From Lama glama (taxonomy: Eukaryota), in contig CM052831.1 in assembly GCA_028534125.1 (NCBI GenBank), positions 25,048,001-25,112,000 of the forward strand: a DNA stretch of 64,000 bases. Direction: 5' to 3'. The notes under the pieces were generated by a model. It did not search any database and was not told the DNA's origin. It saw only the letters and a list, made by a program, of their open reading frames with translations. Each line of letters begins with the position of its first letter. Within the stretch, counting starts at the first letter, position 1. The translations under genes and the position numbers were made by a program. Below are positions 36,381-48,880 of this stretch, one piece after another.

Positions 36381-37474
36381 AGCAGGGACCATTGGGTTCA
36401 TGACTAGAGTCTATTAGTCTTAAAATGATGAAACGTACAGATTCTTCTCCACTATTCCGCGTTGGTAAAAATCAAGAAAGAAAAATAGCTAAAGGTAAAT
36501 AGCATTAAAATTGTGTCCAAGCAGACCCCACTCCCTTGCCTGCCCCAAGACTGTCCTTTACTTGAGAGGACCAGGCAGAGAATTAGCCACTACAACCCCT
36601 AGCCTTCACTCAGCTTTCTATGAATTGCTACCTCCATCTGGTCTCCCTAACTCTGTTCTCTTCTCCCTCCAAAACAGCCCACCAATGGCCAGATTTAACT
36701 CCCTGAAATGTGACTTCTACTTAGGATGTTCTATGGACCAAACTCCGATCATGTCATTTAAGGCTGATGAAAGCCTGGCCCCACCTTACTTTTCTGGCTA
36801 TATAATTTTATGACTATATCTGACTAGCTCATCAGCATGAACCCCTGCCTCTGGCCAGGCAGATCCTGAGAACATGCCTGGTGAGGCCCTTGTTCCACTT
36901 CTGGCCATGGTGCCTTTCTGCTCATCTGCACCTGATCAGCCTTCAAGGTATGACAGCTCACCTCCTCCTGACAGCACAGACCACAGGGGTTTCCTCCTGC
37001 TGAGCAAATGCACTGCCCATTATAGACCATTCCTGGTCTCTGCATTTTTCTTCTCTATTCTGTCTCCTCCAAAACTCACCTGCGAACCTGGCATCTCCAC
37101 TCCTGGGAAGGATTCTCCTCTGAAGCAGGAGTTTAAAGAATTCCAGGGATTCTGTGTTAAGTTACTCTGGTTGCCACTTCAGCTCCAATAACTGGATTCC
37201 TAACTTGTGCCTGACAAAAATAATGACATCCAACATATCCAAGCTCTGTCTACGTGCTTTCCATGTGTGTTCCCATTTCATAGTAAAAACAGTTCTAGCA
37301 TTTTTTTCCCTCCCCTTTTACAGAGGCAACTGAAGCACATAGAAGGTAAAACCTGCCCCCTCTTCAATGGAGATAACAAAGACTCTACCTCTTGATGTGA
37401 AAGTGGCAAACTTTTGGAAGATCACGTTGCATCCATGTTTAGAAAATACAAGCTACGACAACATGTACTCCTTC

Positions 37475-37710
37475 TTAAAATTACTTTTCATTTTCAAATA
37501 ATTGTGAAGATTTGCAAAGACAGTACAGAAAATTCCTGTGTGCTCTTCCCCCAGGTCCCTCTGCTGTTAACATCTTACATAACTGTGAGTCATTTATCAC
37601 GGCTTATCCAGTCACCAGGTCTCCATGGCCTCCTCTGATCTGTGCAGCTTGTCAGCCTTTCTTTATCTATCATGGCCATACTACTTTTGAAGAGGACTTG
37701 TCAGATGTAC
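37475..37710 (-). mobile_element. L1MC-like 3' fragment
   Basis: 'ttgcaaagacagtacagaaaattcctgtgtgctcttcccccagg...tgttaacatcttacataac'. Confidence 0.65.
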
Positions 37711-38757
37711 ACTCATGTTGCTAAATATACAAATCTCACATCCTGCTTTAATGATGTATGAAATTTAAAAAGTAAATGAAATTCTATGACCACAATGTTG
37801 CTGTCATGTTGTATGCTTTTCCCACTCCTGCATGACCATAGGGAGATTATGATTTTGTCACCTGAGAGATATGGGCCCTCTTTCTCATATGGAAAACTAT
37901 TCATTGGCTTGTCTGAGCCTTATTTTCCCTATTTGACAATAGAAGAGGGGTGGGGTGGGGCTAGATGGTCTCCAAACTTTGCCTCAGCTCTCAAAGTTGA
38001 TCCCACAAAATCAGTTCCATTAATTTAAAGTAGATTTTTTGATCCTTAAAGCTTGGTCAACTTTCTACCTTGATTCCTGGGTAATTAAACAAAATTGAAT
38101 GAGTTCCTTTAAAAGCCTGAAACCTAACTTGTCTCTGTCTCTGGGCGTTCCCTCGCACCCTCCCCTCACTGCACAAGACTCAAGACTCTGGGAGGGTGGG
38201 GTGGACCTCAGGATTCACCATGCCCCAGTGCTCAGCTGAGTGGCCAGCCTCAGTCGGCACGCTGAACATTGGATGGATGAATGAAATCACTGCAGATGGA
38301 CTGCCCCATTTGCCTCCACATTGCTCTGTTTCTGTCACTAACTTCTATAGCAAGTACGTTTTTTTCCTCCCAAATTACACATTCAAGCCCTCCAGGGTGG
38401 CGACCTGGGGTACTATTTCCTTTATCCCTCCCCACACTGTGCCCACTGTATCAACCTCAGAGGGTGGTCGAGGAATATTGTGGGAAGATCCATTTGTTCC
38501 TTGGGCATCAGCACAACTGACTCTGGGCACACCTGAGTGAAAGAATTTGTCATTCATTCATTCAGCAGATACTTACTGGAGATCTAATACATGCCAGTGG
38601 TTTTCTAGGTGCTATGCCCTGTTCTCCTGGGGATAGGATGGCCAGTCTCTTGAATAAGATGACATTTGAGCAGGGCTCTGAAGACTGATGGCTAAATGTA
38701 TTGGAAAGATAAAACAAGGTATACGTGATACCAAAGCAATCTGTGTCTCAGCTTAAA

Positions 38758-38882
38758 AATAAAAAGAAATATATGTATGTTCCTATATGACTGAAGTATT
38801 GTGCTGTACAAAAGAAATTAATACAACATTGTAAACTGACCATACTTCAATTAAAAAATAATAATGAAATAAATAAACAACA
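38758..38882 (+). mobile_element. Short camelid-type L1 3' tail
   Basis: 'tatatgtatgttcctatatgactgaagtattgtgctgtaca...ttgtaaactgaccatacttcaattaaaaaa'. Confidence 0.85.
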
Positions 38883-40565
38883 AGATATTTTATTCCTGGT
38901 GAACTACATTATTGGTTTTGCTTTATTTTGCTGGTGGGTCTTGGGTTATTTTGTCTTGTTTTTGACTCAAGTGACCTATTCATGAAGAAAAGCCTGAGGT
39001 ACAAGGGCAGCCTAGAAATGTAGTCAAGGTAAAAGGAGGTGTTTGGGTTTACAGTCCATCTACTCTAGAGCCAGACAATTAAGCGTCACATTTGGAGGTG
39101 GGGCTTGGAGGTTCACAGCCAGGCCGACTTCGATTAGAGTGGCTAACCTGGTGTGCTGTCCCTGAAACTGAAGGATGCCATTTGGAAGCCACTGGACAGC
39201 AGGAGACCCCTAATTCTTCTGGAAACCTAACCCCTCTTCCAGTTCTGCACCCCTTGCTCAAATCACCTGTCCACCACACCCAGAAACCACGACCCTCCCT
39301 CGGCTTCAGGCCAAGTGGGGACAGACCATGCTTCTGAATTTTCCACCCTGGAGGGGCTCTCATTTCATTTGTCTCTCTGTTAAAGAAAGAAACATATTTC
39401 CTTTCAAATGGAATCCAACAGTTTAAAGAAAAAAATCTATTGAACTTTGTCTTTTCCTTTGGTCTCTTGGTAAGACAGATTTGGGGTTTGATTCTGTCAA
39501 AAAGAGAAATTTGCATTGTTCCCTAAGATCAGAGATTGGAGGAGTTTCTCTCTTCTTTCTCTTTTTTTCCTTTTTTAAGCCCCCAGGGGCACTGACTGTC
39601 AAGGGAGCTGCATCTGACTCGGGGCTCCCTAGCATGGCGCCCGCTCTTCCCAGCGCACACCTCAAGCACAGCCAGCATGGGCTCCACGACCCAGGAGTCC
39701 ACCTCAGGGTGCTGGGTTTCAGCACCATGTCACCCCAAACAATTTCAGGAGGCGCCATTCACATCCTCATCCATGGTGGGGCAATACTGTGCCTGACAGA
39801 TAAGAGGAAGCGCCCACTTGATGAGGCACTGCCTCCCCAAAGGCCTGGGTTTAGTGGAAGGAACCCGCAGTGATCCTGCCTCTAATTGCTGTGTGACCTT
39901 GAGCCTCTCAGACCTGTGTATCAGCTGCAAAACGTGGGGTTGAAACAAATGGGTCTTTTGTTACATGCGGGTCCTTTATCGACTGATGCTAAAAAGGCAA
40001 CAGGCCACAACGCTCAGAGTCCCATCTTGACCAAACTCCGTTGGCCCCATAACAAAACATAAAGTGTTTCTCCCCAAGTCCAAGAAATATGAAGCTTTAC
40101 TTTTTCCAGGTCTGTCCCACCTCTATGGCAGTAGCTACAAAAATGACACTTTGCAATATAGAATGAATGAGGAAGTGAGAGAGTCATAGAGACTGGGCCG
40201 GGGTGAAACAGATTTTCAAACATAGCAAAGGTTACTGATGGGTGAGTTGGTTCTTGCTAGCATCACTCCCCTTTTCCTTCTGCCAGGTTCTCTTTTGGGG
40301 AACCCCATCTTGCCCTCTGGAGGTGCTCTGGAGGGACAGTCAGCCAAGGTTCCCTGCCTCCTGGGACAAGGGGCCAGCAACTGTCCCAGGCGAGGCCAGT
40401 AACTCTGTTTCCCAAAAAGATGGAGTGTGGACCCACTGCCCAGCCCTGGAGTCAGCGAGAGAGGCTCCACTCAAGGGCACTGTTGCCCCGAAGAGACTCT
40501 CCATTCCTTCCTGTTGTCTACATGCTCCTGTCTTCCTGAGACCTAGATGTTCAGCTTCCCCTACA

Positions 40566-40621
40566 TTCCTTCCTTTCTTCCTTCCTTCCTTCCTTCCTCC
40601 CTCCCTCCCTCCCTTCCTTCC
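40566..40621 (+). repeat. (TTCC)n/(CCCT)n microsatellite
   Basis: Direct read. Confidence 0.9.
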
Positions 40622-41579
40622 TGTGTATAATTTGGGAGGAAAAAAATGCACTCTTTCTAGAAGTTAGTGACAGAAACAGAGCAACGTGGAGTCAAATGGG
40701 GCAGCCCATCTGCAAGTGATTTCATTCATCCATCCAACATCCTGAGTGCTGACTGAGGCTGGCCATTCTGCTGGAGGTAGGGTGACAGTATTTTTGAAAT
40801 GTGTTTTTGCCACAGAGCCCCTTTTCTCCAACTAAATCTAGCATGGACTACCCAAGACAGATGAAAGCAGAGCTCCTCGTCCTCCTGCCTGTTCTGTTTC
40901 AGCTTCCCCAGATCTGCTTCCTCCAAATCCAGAAATCTCAGCCACCATTTTCTCTGTTAATACCTACATGTGAGAAGTTAAGCTTCCTCGGGAAGAGGGG
41001 GCAAGGAAAGATGGGGAGTAACAGCAGCATTCATGGAATACCGCCAGTGTTCCAGGCACAGCTGGGAGCTTCGTACACACTGTTTTAGTTAATACAACCA
41101 ACCTACCAAGTGGGTTCTGTTGTTATCATTTTGCAGAGGAGGAAACTCAGAGATCCAGCAACTGGCTGGAAGGCATACAGGTGTAAGTGACAGAGAGGAG
41201 ATATGATCTTGTGATCTAACACAGGGAGATGGTCCCCTACTTGGCACTGTTCTGAGGTACATAGTATGCCTCTGTCGCTCCTGCATGTCCATACCACCAA
41301 CAATCCCCACCCCCATGGCCCTTGACTTACCCCAAATCCTTCCATTTCCACTAACAGAAGTGTTTATATAATAAAATTCAATAAAGTGTTGACTAAAAGA
41401 ACAAGGATTACATGGAAGGAGTACAGTTTAAAGGTGAAGAATACAGGGTCTAGCATCACATGGCCTAGGTAAATCCTAACTCCACTGCTCACTAGCTGTG
41501 TGACATTGGGCTAGCCACAAGACCTCTCTGTCTCTCATTTTTCTCACCTGGAAAATAACACATAATAATATTATTTATC

Positions 41580-42077
41580 ATGATAGGCAGTATAACAGCC
41601 CCACAGATGTCCACATCCTAATTCTCTAATCCCTGGAACGTGTGAATGTTATATTATATGAGGAAGGGGAAGTAAGGTTGCTAATCAGCTGAACTTTAAA
41701 ATAAAGAGATAATTCTGGATTATCTGGGTGAGGCCAATGTAATCACAAGGGTCATTACATGAGGAAGAGGGAGGCAGAAGGGTCAATGTCACAGTAATGA
41801 AATGTGAGAAAGACTTGACCAGCATCACTGGCTTTGAAGATGGAAGGGGACCATGACCTAGGAATGTAGATAGCCCCTAGAAGCTGGAAGAGGCAAGAGA
41901 GTGGTTTCTCCCCAGAGCCTCCAGGGAGGAATGCAGCCCTGCTCACACCTTGATTTAAGTCCAGTGAGACCCATTTCAGGCTTCTGAGCTATGGAACCAA
42001 AAAGAAAATTAATGTGTCTTATCTTAAGACATTACACTTGTGGTCATTTGTTACAGCAGCAAGGGAAAACTAATACA
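41580..42077 (+). mobile_element. Near full-length MLT1D LTR inserted in a MIR (41415-41580, resuming ~42078)
   Basis: 'gatgtccacatcctaat..ccctggaacgtgtgaatgt...ggctttgaagatggaagggg...tgcagccctgctcacaccttgattt...tttgttacagcagcaagggaaaactaataca'. Confidence 0.9.
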
Positions 42078-42809
42078 CTCCACTCAGAGAGTTGTGGGGA
42101 CTACTGGAGACACTGCTGGACATGCAGGTACGCAGTGAAGCTGTGCTTCCTCATTGGCTGGTGTGCAGAGCCGGGAGCTAATGAGAGTGGTGCTGAGCCG
42201 AGCCCGGTGCCTTCCGACCGTCCCTGTCCACCCGCCCACCCCTGCACCTTCATGCCCTAATTGCGTTGGATGCTTCTTCATAATCATGCCCTGGATGACT
42301 CCCTTCCTCATGCTGAATTCTAAATTGCACTTGAAGTAGCTGATATAATGGGAGCCCTCTGATGAGCTTCTGTCTGAGCTCCAAAGTGAGGGTAATCAGA
42401 GTGGAGGACAGATCTCACCGTGTGCCCTGGGATGGAGGTGAGGGCAGGGGATCTCTCCACAACAATTTTCTAATAAGACTTGAAGAGCTTTTAAAGAGCT
42501 GGCTCATCTCACCCTGCAGGGCTGTGGTCATCCTCCCTCCTCTCCCCTCCAGAAACACAGGTTCTCAGACTTGTCCCTCTAGGATCTGACAGCAGCTGCC
42601 TTAAGCCCCTCCTTCATCCTATTCTCTCCTCCTCCAAGATTAGACTTTGTTCTCAAGGGTAAGAAAGTCATATCCAGCCAGCCCCTGAGATCTAGATCAG
42701 CTTGACTCAAACTCCTCACTCACGTGGCCTGTGGAGCCCAAAGCCCCCTCGAAGATTTCTGAGGATTTTCCAGCAGGGTCTGGCTCTCCTGTGGTCCCGT
42801 CTGCCCAGT

Positions 42810-43004
42810 AGAAGTTCTATGAGAATGCTAATGAAGCTTCAATTCTACGGCTATTCCCTTGTGGAGGCCCTAGCAAATTGTTCACATGGCCATATGTTTT
42901 CGTCAAATTGGCAAAAGTTTGATATTTTTACATTCTTTTTTCTTACAGGGGATCCCACCAAACTGTATGAGCTTCAGATTCTACGAAATTTGAATCTGCC
43001 CTGT
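42810..43004 (-). mobile_element. MER53-like hAT element
   Basis: 'gctaatgaagcttcaatt...aaactgtatgagcttcag...tgaatctgccctg'. Confidence 0.65.
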
Positions 43005-44396
43005 ACCTAGCCCCTTGTCTGTGTGCTACAGAGTATTCACCCCCACACAAGGCTCAGCTCTTTGTTTTCCTCCAAAAGGTATCCAGGTATTACTGAGTGT
43101 GGCATATACAGTGTGTGTGTACGTGTGTGTTGTGGGGGGTGGGTGAGTGGGTGCGTGTGTTGGGGAGTGATGGCACTGTGGATGTGAAGAAAGCGTTTAC
43201 AACTACAACTGGCCACAAGGCGTCCTCATTCTTAGAAATTTCCTTTGGCCACCACCGTTGACCATCTGTTTCTGTGACCTTTACGCCAACGGACACACCC
43301 TCTGGGTAGCTCTGGCTTCTCTCTGCCTCATTTCTGTTTCCTTTTTCCTCTCAGGAGCACAACAAATTCCTTTTACTCTCTCATCTCTAACTATTACTTT
43401 TGACTTCTTACATTGTAACCTCCCTGCTCTGCCCTCAAGAAGTTGATTGTGGTATTTTTCCAAGCCAGCTTTCCTAAGAGGATTTAGGGTAACTGCTAAG
43501 AGAATATACTTTACATCACAACATGGTTATCACAGAAAGTGTTGGGTTTTTCTTTCTAGGGCTGACCCAGAAGCCTGGAGGATCACACAGCAATTAGGGT
43601 GCAGGGGAAACCTGCAAGCTGAGGTGATTGGGAAAAGGGAGGTTAGCTGAGAAGTTTGGTTTAAAAAGGTGTATTGAGATGCTGGTCCTACATCCATTTT
43701 CCCCAACCCTTTGGAAGGCCCTGGGACTTACTGCCAGCTGAATAACACTAAGGAGAAGGGACTATTCCCTCCTTTGTGCCCAGCTAGACCCTAACCGCTG
43801 CTCACAGTGGCCCCCATAATATTTTACTGTATGTTCTGTTTATGCATCTGCCTCTGCCTCCATGATTCTAAGTCCTTGATATCAGCACAATATGTTAGTT
43901 TTTTCTTTTCCTTCCCATTTAGCATAAGGCCTGGCACAATAAATATTTCTTGAAAATTTCTTACTTGTGAATGGTGATAATATTAGAAGTTATCCCATAG
44001 AGTAATTCTATAGATTGAGGTAATCACCTAAAGTTCTTAGCATAGAGTTTGGCACAGAGTAAATGCTCAAAAAGTACCCCTTGTTAATATCATTGAATGA
44101 ATGAATGAATAAGGTACTTTGGTTTAACTCATCAGTACAAACTTTTACATAGCCTTGGAATTCCTTTTGCAACCTTTTTATTTTTTTTTTTGCTATAGAG
44201 AACTGAAAGAAATGGCATGATAAAAGAAAAGGAAGAGAAACAAAGTGGAAATCACAACTGTTTAATTCTAACTAGAGATAAAGATTTTGCCTTTTAAATT
44301 TCCTGCGCAGTAATCAAATGCAATGCCACCTATGGCAGGAGGAATGTATGCATTGTCAGTGAAAGCTGCCTTCTTATTTTTTTTTTTCTGGAATTA

Positions 44397-44709
44397 CAGC
44401 GAGCCTTCCACACCTACAGATTTAACCAACTGCAGATCAAAATTATTCAGAGAAAAAAGATTCCAGAAAGTTCCAAAAAGCAAAACTTGAATTTGCTGTG
44501 CACTGGCAAATCTTTACATAGCATNNNNNNNNNNNNNNNNNNNNNNNNNNNNNNNNNNNNNNNNNNNNNNNNNNNNNNNNNNNNNNNNNNNNNNNNNNNN
44601 NNNNNNNNNNNNNNNNNNNNNNNNNNNNNNNNNNNNNNNNNNNNNNNNNNNNNNNNNNNNNNNNNNNNNNNNNNNNNNNNNNNNNNNNNNNNNNNNNNNN
44701 NNNNNNNNN
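44397..44709. mobile_element. Tigger2/MER2-family MITE (interior partly N)
   Basis: TA followed by 'cagcgagccttcc...aaccaactgcagatcaaaattattcag...aaagttccaaaaagcaaaacttgaatttgc...tttacatagcat'. Confidence 0.75.
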
Positions 44710-44829
44710 AAAGTTATTGAGGACTCATCATGAGACATTCACTGTGCTAACTACATTACCTACACTCTCTTACTTAATCTTCACAAGAACTCTATAGGGA
44801 TCCTGTTTTGGAGAAAGAGAAGAGAGAGA

Positions 44830-45700
44830 TGGGTGCTGAGACTCAGAATGTATCTATAATTCAGGGGAAAGAGACATTAAGGAGACTTCTGAAGAGAGAA
44901 GATGAGCTGGAGAGGTTGGAGACGCGGTATGAAAGGAAGCCTTGGGAGGAGAGAATTCCGAGAAGCAGTAGTGGAGAGTGGGGCAGAAAGTGCCAAGGAG
45001 AACGAAAAAGAAGACTGTGAAAGGTCTTACAGTTGGGAGGCTCGGGGTGACGTGGAGGAGAGCAGCAGCCAGAGGGCACGATGTGAAGGAACTGGGGGCA
45101 GGGAGGAGACATGGAGGCCTGGGTGCAGATGTTGGGCGGTAAGTCTGACTGTGACCTGCGTCTGGACTGGAGAGGGGCTGGCCCAAGGGAAGGAGAGAGG
45201 GACTCGGGGAGAGGGTGGAAGCAGTGAGAGAAGGGGCTGAGGTGCTAGGAGGAAGAGAGAGGGCCCCAGGAAACAGGGAGAGTAGGGGAGATGAACAGGT
45301 CAGGGTCCCACTAGACATTGCCAAGGCCCTGAGGGGTATCATTGTGGCAGGAAGGGAAAATGGGAGAGGACGCTGCAGCCTGATCTGGGTTGGGAGGAAG
45401 AGGAATCCAAGAAGAGACAAGGAGAGTTAGAGAGCAGAAGCCTAGACAGGTAGCCCTCTCCGAGCGCGACTTCCTCCAGGGCCGGCGATCTGCACATGCT
45501 CCTGTCAGAGGGGACGGACTCAGTGAACAGGGTGAGAAAGAAGACAGGAAACTGCGGACAGACAGATCAAAGTCTTGAAGGAGGTAAGGGAGGAGAAGGA
45601 ATCTAAAAGTTTGGAAAGGACAAGAGCTTCCCCACTTCCCCGCATATAGAAAGGAAAATGTAACCCATATAAACCCAGAGCCCCAAGTCCTTCTGCAGGA
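44830..45700 (-). mobile_element. Degenerate L2 body (purine-rich on + strand)
   Basis: Long GA-rich stretch with L2-like motifs ('gagctggagaggttggagac', 'attgccaaggccctgaggggtatcattgtgg'). Confidence 0.45.
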
Positions 45701-46859
45701 GGCATTCAAATAAATACCAGGTCAACAGCTGAAAATAACCAAAGAACCTCTTGCTAAATTTCTTCAGATCTTCTTTATCTCTCTCTGATGCACCAACCTC
45801 CTCTTTCAACTAAGACTGTAGGATCTGGTCTCAATCTCTCCCCTTTCCGACCCCCTCCAACTCCCTTTCCAGACCTACTCCCCCAATCCTGCCTTTTCTC
45901 TGACTCATTTTTATGCAGATCAATTAGACCACTCTGATTTCCTTAGTTGTAGAAATCTGTTTGTCTGTTCATTTAAATCTAATTTTTCATCTTTCCTGTT
46001 TACCTATTTCCTAGATAATACAAAACAAAGGATGTTGACCAACAACTCCAAACCACCTTCCTTAGGAGAGGGAATGCAAACTTTTACAATTTAAGATCCT
46101 TTCCCAAAAATCCCTATCAGAAGAGAAAAGGAAAAAAGGGCAAAACAATAGAAACACCTTGAGGCAGACACAGAGAGATGGGGAACTAAAGAGGGTGGAT
46201 CCCAGTGAAGTCTGGAGGCCCCACAGTAGGTCCGTGCTCCCGGCCCTGGATAGACTGAGTGAATTCAGAGCTTGGTGACCCAGCCTTGGTCCCACGGAGC
46301 AGCTAGAAAGGACTGATGGGAATTGCAGACCCACTTGTCTGGGTGTTGGGAGGGAAGGCAGATTGTAGGGGGCTTTTCAGATGCAGCAAGCGAGTGCACG
46401 TTACCAGAAAAGCCGCCTACACAGCTCAGGAAAATAAAAAGATTTCCAGGCTGATTTGATTTTTTTGAAAAGCATTGATCTTTGACTTTATAATCACTTG
46501 CAAATTCTGTTCAAATCAAAAGGCCAGCTGGTCTCCCGTGGAAAGCTAGATTTTAGCTGGGGAAAAAGAGGAATAAACAAAGTCTTAATTTTAAAAAGGT
46601 AATCTTTTACACTAAGAAGGCAATGTGTTTACTCTTAATTTACAATGAACTCCTTTTGGTTCCAAAGCATTCTAATTATCTAGAATTCATGATGACTTGA
46701 AGACCTATCCACACCAGCCAATTATCAAGCTGTGTCTGCCCTGAAAAGGGTTACAGAGTAGGAGTCAGAGTTTATCTGCTAGCAGAGAATTTGCCTGGGA
46801 AATGATTTATGTTTCCATTATATCAAAATTACATGGGCCATTTTGGAAAATCCTGTATC

Positions 46860-47085
46860 ATATATGTTAACACTAGAGCTAGAAATGAATTCAAGGGTCT
46901 TATGTTTATCCCTCTCTTTTCTGGAAGATCTCTGACATCTGAAGCCAATGATTGTTTAAGTCTGTTTTAGAAAGTCCCCAGGAGGCAGGATTTCACAGTC
47001 TCTGGTTTTTAATACCTAATCACTATTCCTATCAGGATGCTCTTTCCAGAGAACTTGATTTTCTCCATCTGCAACTTAAGCACAG
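46860..47085 (-). mobile_element. L3/CR1 3' fragment
   Basis: 'agtctgttttagaaagtccccaggaggcaggatttcac...tcaggatgctctttcc...ctgcaacttaagc'. Confidence 0.45.
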
Positions 47086-47159
47086 GTCTAAGGAAAGGAG
47101 TAATGAACCATCAGTGTGGTTTTTAAGTACACACTTCCCCAGGGTTAAGGCATCTCTGG

Positions 47160-47602
47160 TGTGTTTGTTATTTTCTCTACCTCTCATCTGTTCCCAGCTC
47201 TGCCCTGTGTACCTCAGGCTGGTCCTGAGGATGGCAGGACTGCAGGTTCCCTCACCTTCTGCATTCTGGTTAGGTTGGCCAGTGCGGCAGAGACCTGCGT
47301 GGAGGGGGAGAGCCAGGGAAGGTCTTCCCTGTTGGCTCTGCTCTGGCCCCGGCCATGGCCCTGGCTGTGGTCCTGTGACCCCAGCCCCTGTGGGGCTGTC
47401 CTCCTTCCTGCTCCAGCTCTCTCAGGCCTCCAGGAAGACCTTCCTCCTTCTCAGCTCTTCAGATCCAGGGATGGCAAGAGCCCACACTGTGGCTGGTCTC
47501 TGGGTTTCCTTAACCTGTGCAGACTCATTGAGCCCCAGCATTGAAGTCTCTCAAACTATAAGGGCTGAATTCTGTTCTGGTGAACAGACCCTGACCAGTG
47601 AA
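47160..47602 (+). mobile_element. LTR33-like ERVL solo LTR
   Basis: 'ggttccctcaccttctgcattctggttaggttggccagtg', 'ctcttcagatccagggatggcaa', 'ttccttaacct', ending 'gaccctgaccagt'. Confidence 0.7.
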
Positions 47603-48269
47603 CTGGGTGACAAGATGTCTTGAGCCTTCTGACGACACAGGGCAACCCCTTGAGGTAGCACATTCATTCCATTTCCTTTCTGAATTACTTTAAAGGGTCT
47701 GGGTTTCCCCAGCTGCTCGGAGGCCAAGGGACCTCTGTGTGTCGTGGACACATCATGCTGTGCCCACCAGAGAAGGTGCTGGAGTGGGAACTCGGGGTGG
47801 TAATGAGGAGAATCTACCCTGCCGTCTAGTGCCACAGGGAAGCCAGCAGAGCAGCGTCTTTCTATTGAGGGTGGAGTTTGCTTTGCGGGGTGGGGGCTGC
47901 AGAGACAGCCTCCAACTACAGCCCGGTGCCCTGCCTTTGGTGCTCTGACTTCTTTCACGCTGCTGTGCTGTGCAGACCCCTCCTGGAACCCAGCTCCCCC
48001 TCTCCTGCCCGGCACAGCCCTTCTTCTGGAACTCTCTCCAAACATACAACAAGAAGTGAGATTAAATGCCTCAGGAGCAGCCAACGACATGGGCCTAACA
48101 AAGGATATCTGTGGTGTGGGACAAGCCCCTTCTCTCTCCGGGCCTCAGACACCCGTCTGTAAAGGGAAGTCCCGCCCGCCTCCCAGGGGTCAGCCAAGAC
48201 TCTGATAACATGCACATGAGCACTTTGAAATGGTTTCCGTATAAAATTAACTTTAGCATCATCTAATCT

Positions 48270-48880
48270 ATTCTTTTTCCTCTGACACCCAGACCCAAGA
48301 CATCAGGAAATTCCATCAGCTTGTCTTTGAAAAGGTACCTAGAATCAAGCCCCTCAACCACCCACAGCCTCCGAACTGGTTTTCCCCGCATTTACATCTA
48401 CTTTTGCACTCGCCCCAGGGGTCTGTTCACCGCTCAGCAGCCAGAGTAATTCTTTAACACAGAAGTGAAAAAACAAGTCAAGACCTGCAAAGGCTCCCCA
48501 GCTCACCCAGATACAACCTAAAGCCATTTAAAGTCATCTACAAAATCCTATGATCTGCACCTGGCCTTGACCTTGGTGCCAGACTCTCCCTGGTCCACTC
48601 ATCTGCCCTCCTGCAGGCCAGCTGTGCCACACAGGCTCCCACCCCAGGGCCTTTGCTCTTGCTGATCCGTCTGCCTGGAGCCCATAATGGGCTCCCTCTA
48701 CTCGTCCAGCTCTCTGCTTCATTTTCTCCATTGTACTGCCCTCCCTGTGATGTGCAGAGCTGCCCCTTCGTGGCTCCCTGCACCAGAATGTCAGTTCACT
48801 GCTGGCTCCCCACGGCAGCGCCTGGCACAGAGCAGATACTCAGCAAACATTTGTCACATGAAAGAATGAACGAAGGGGAT
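48270..48880 (+). mobile_element. L2 3' region
   Basis: 'cagcagccagagtaattcttt', 'ccccagggcctttgctcttgctg..ccgtctgcctggag', 'gcgcctggcacagagcagatactcagcaaacatttg'. Confidence 0.8.

Noticed and set aside
46952-47623. 223-aa ORF
   Set aside because: Spans an L3-like fragment and an LTR33-like element with no protein-family similarity that I can recognise.
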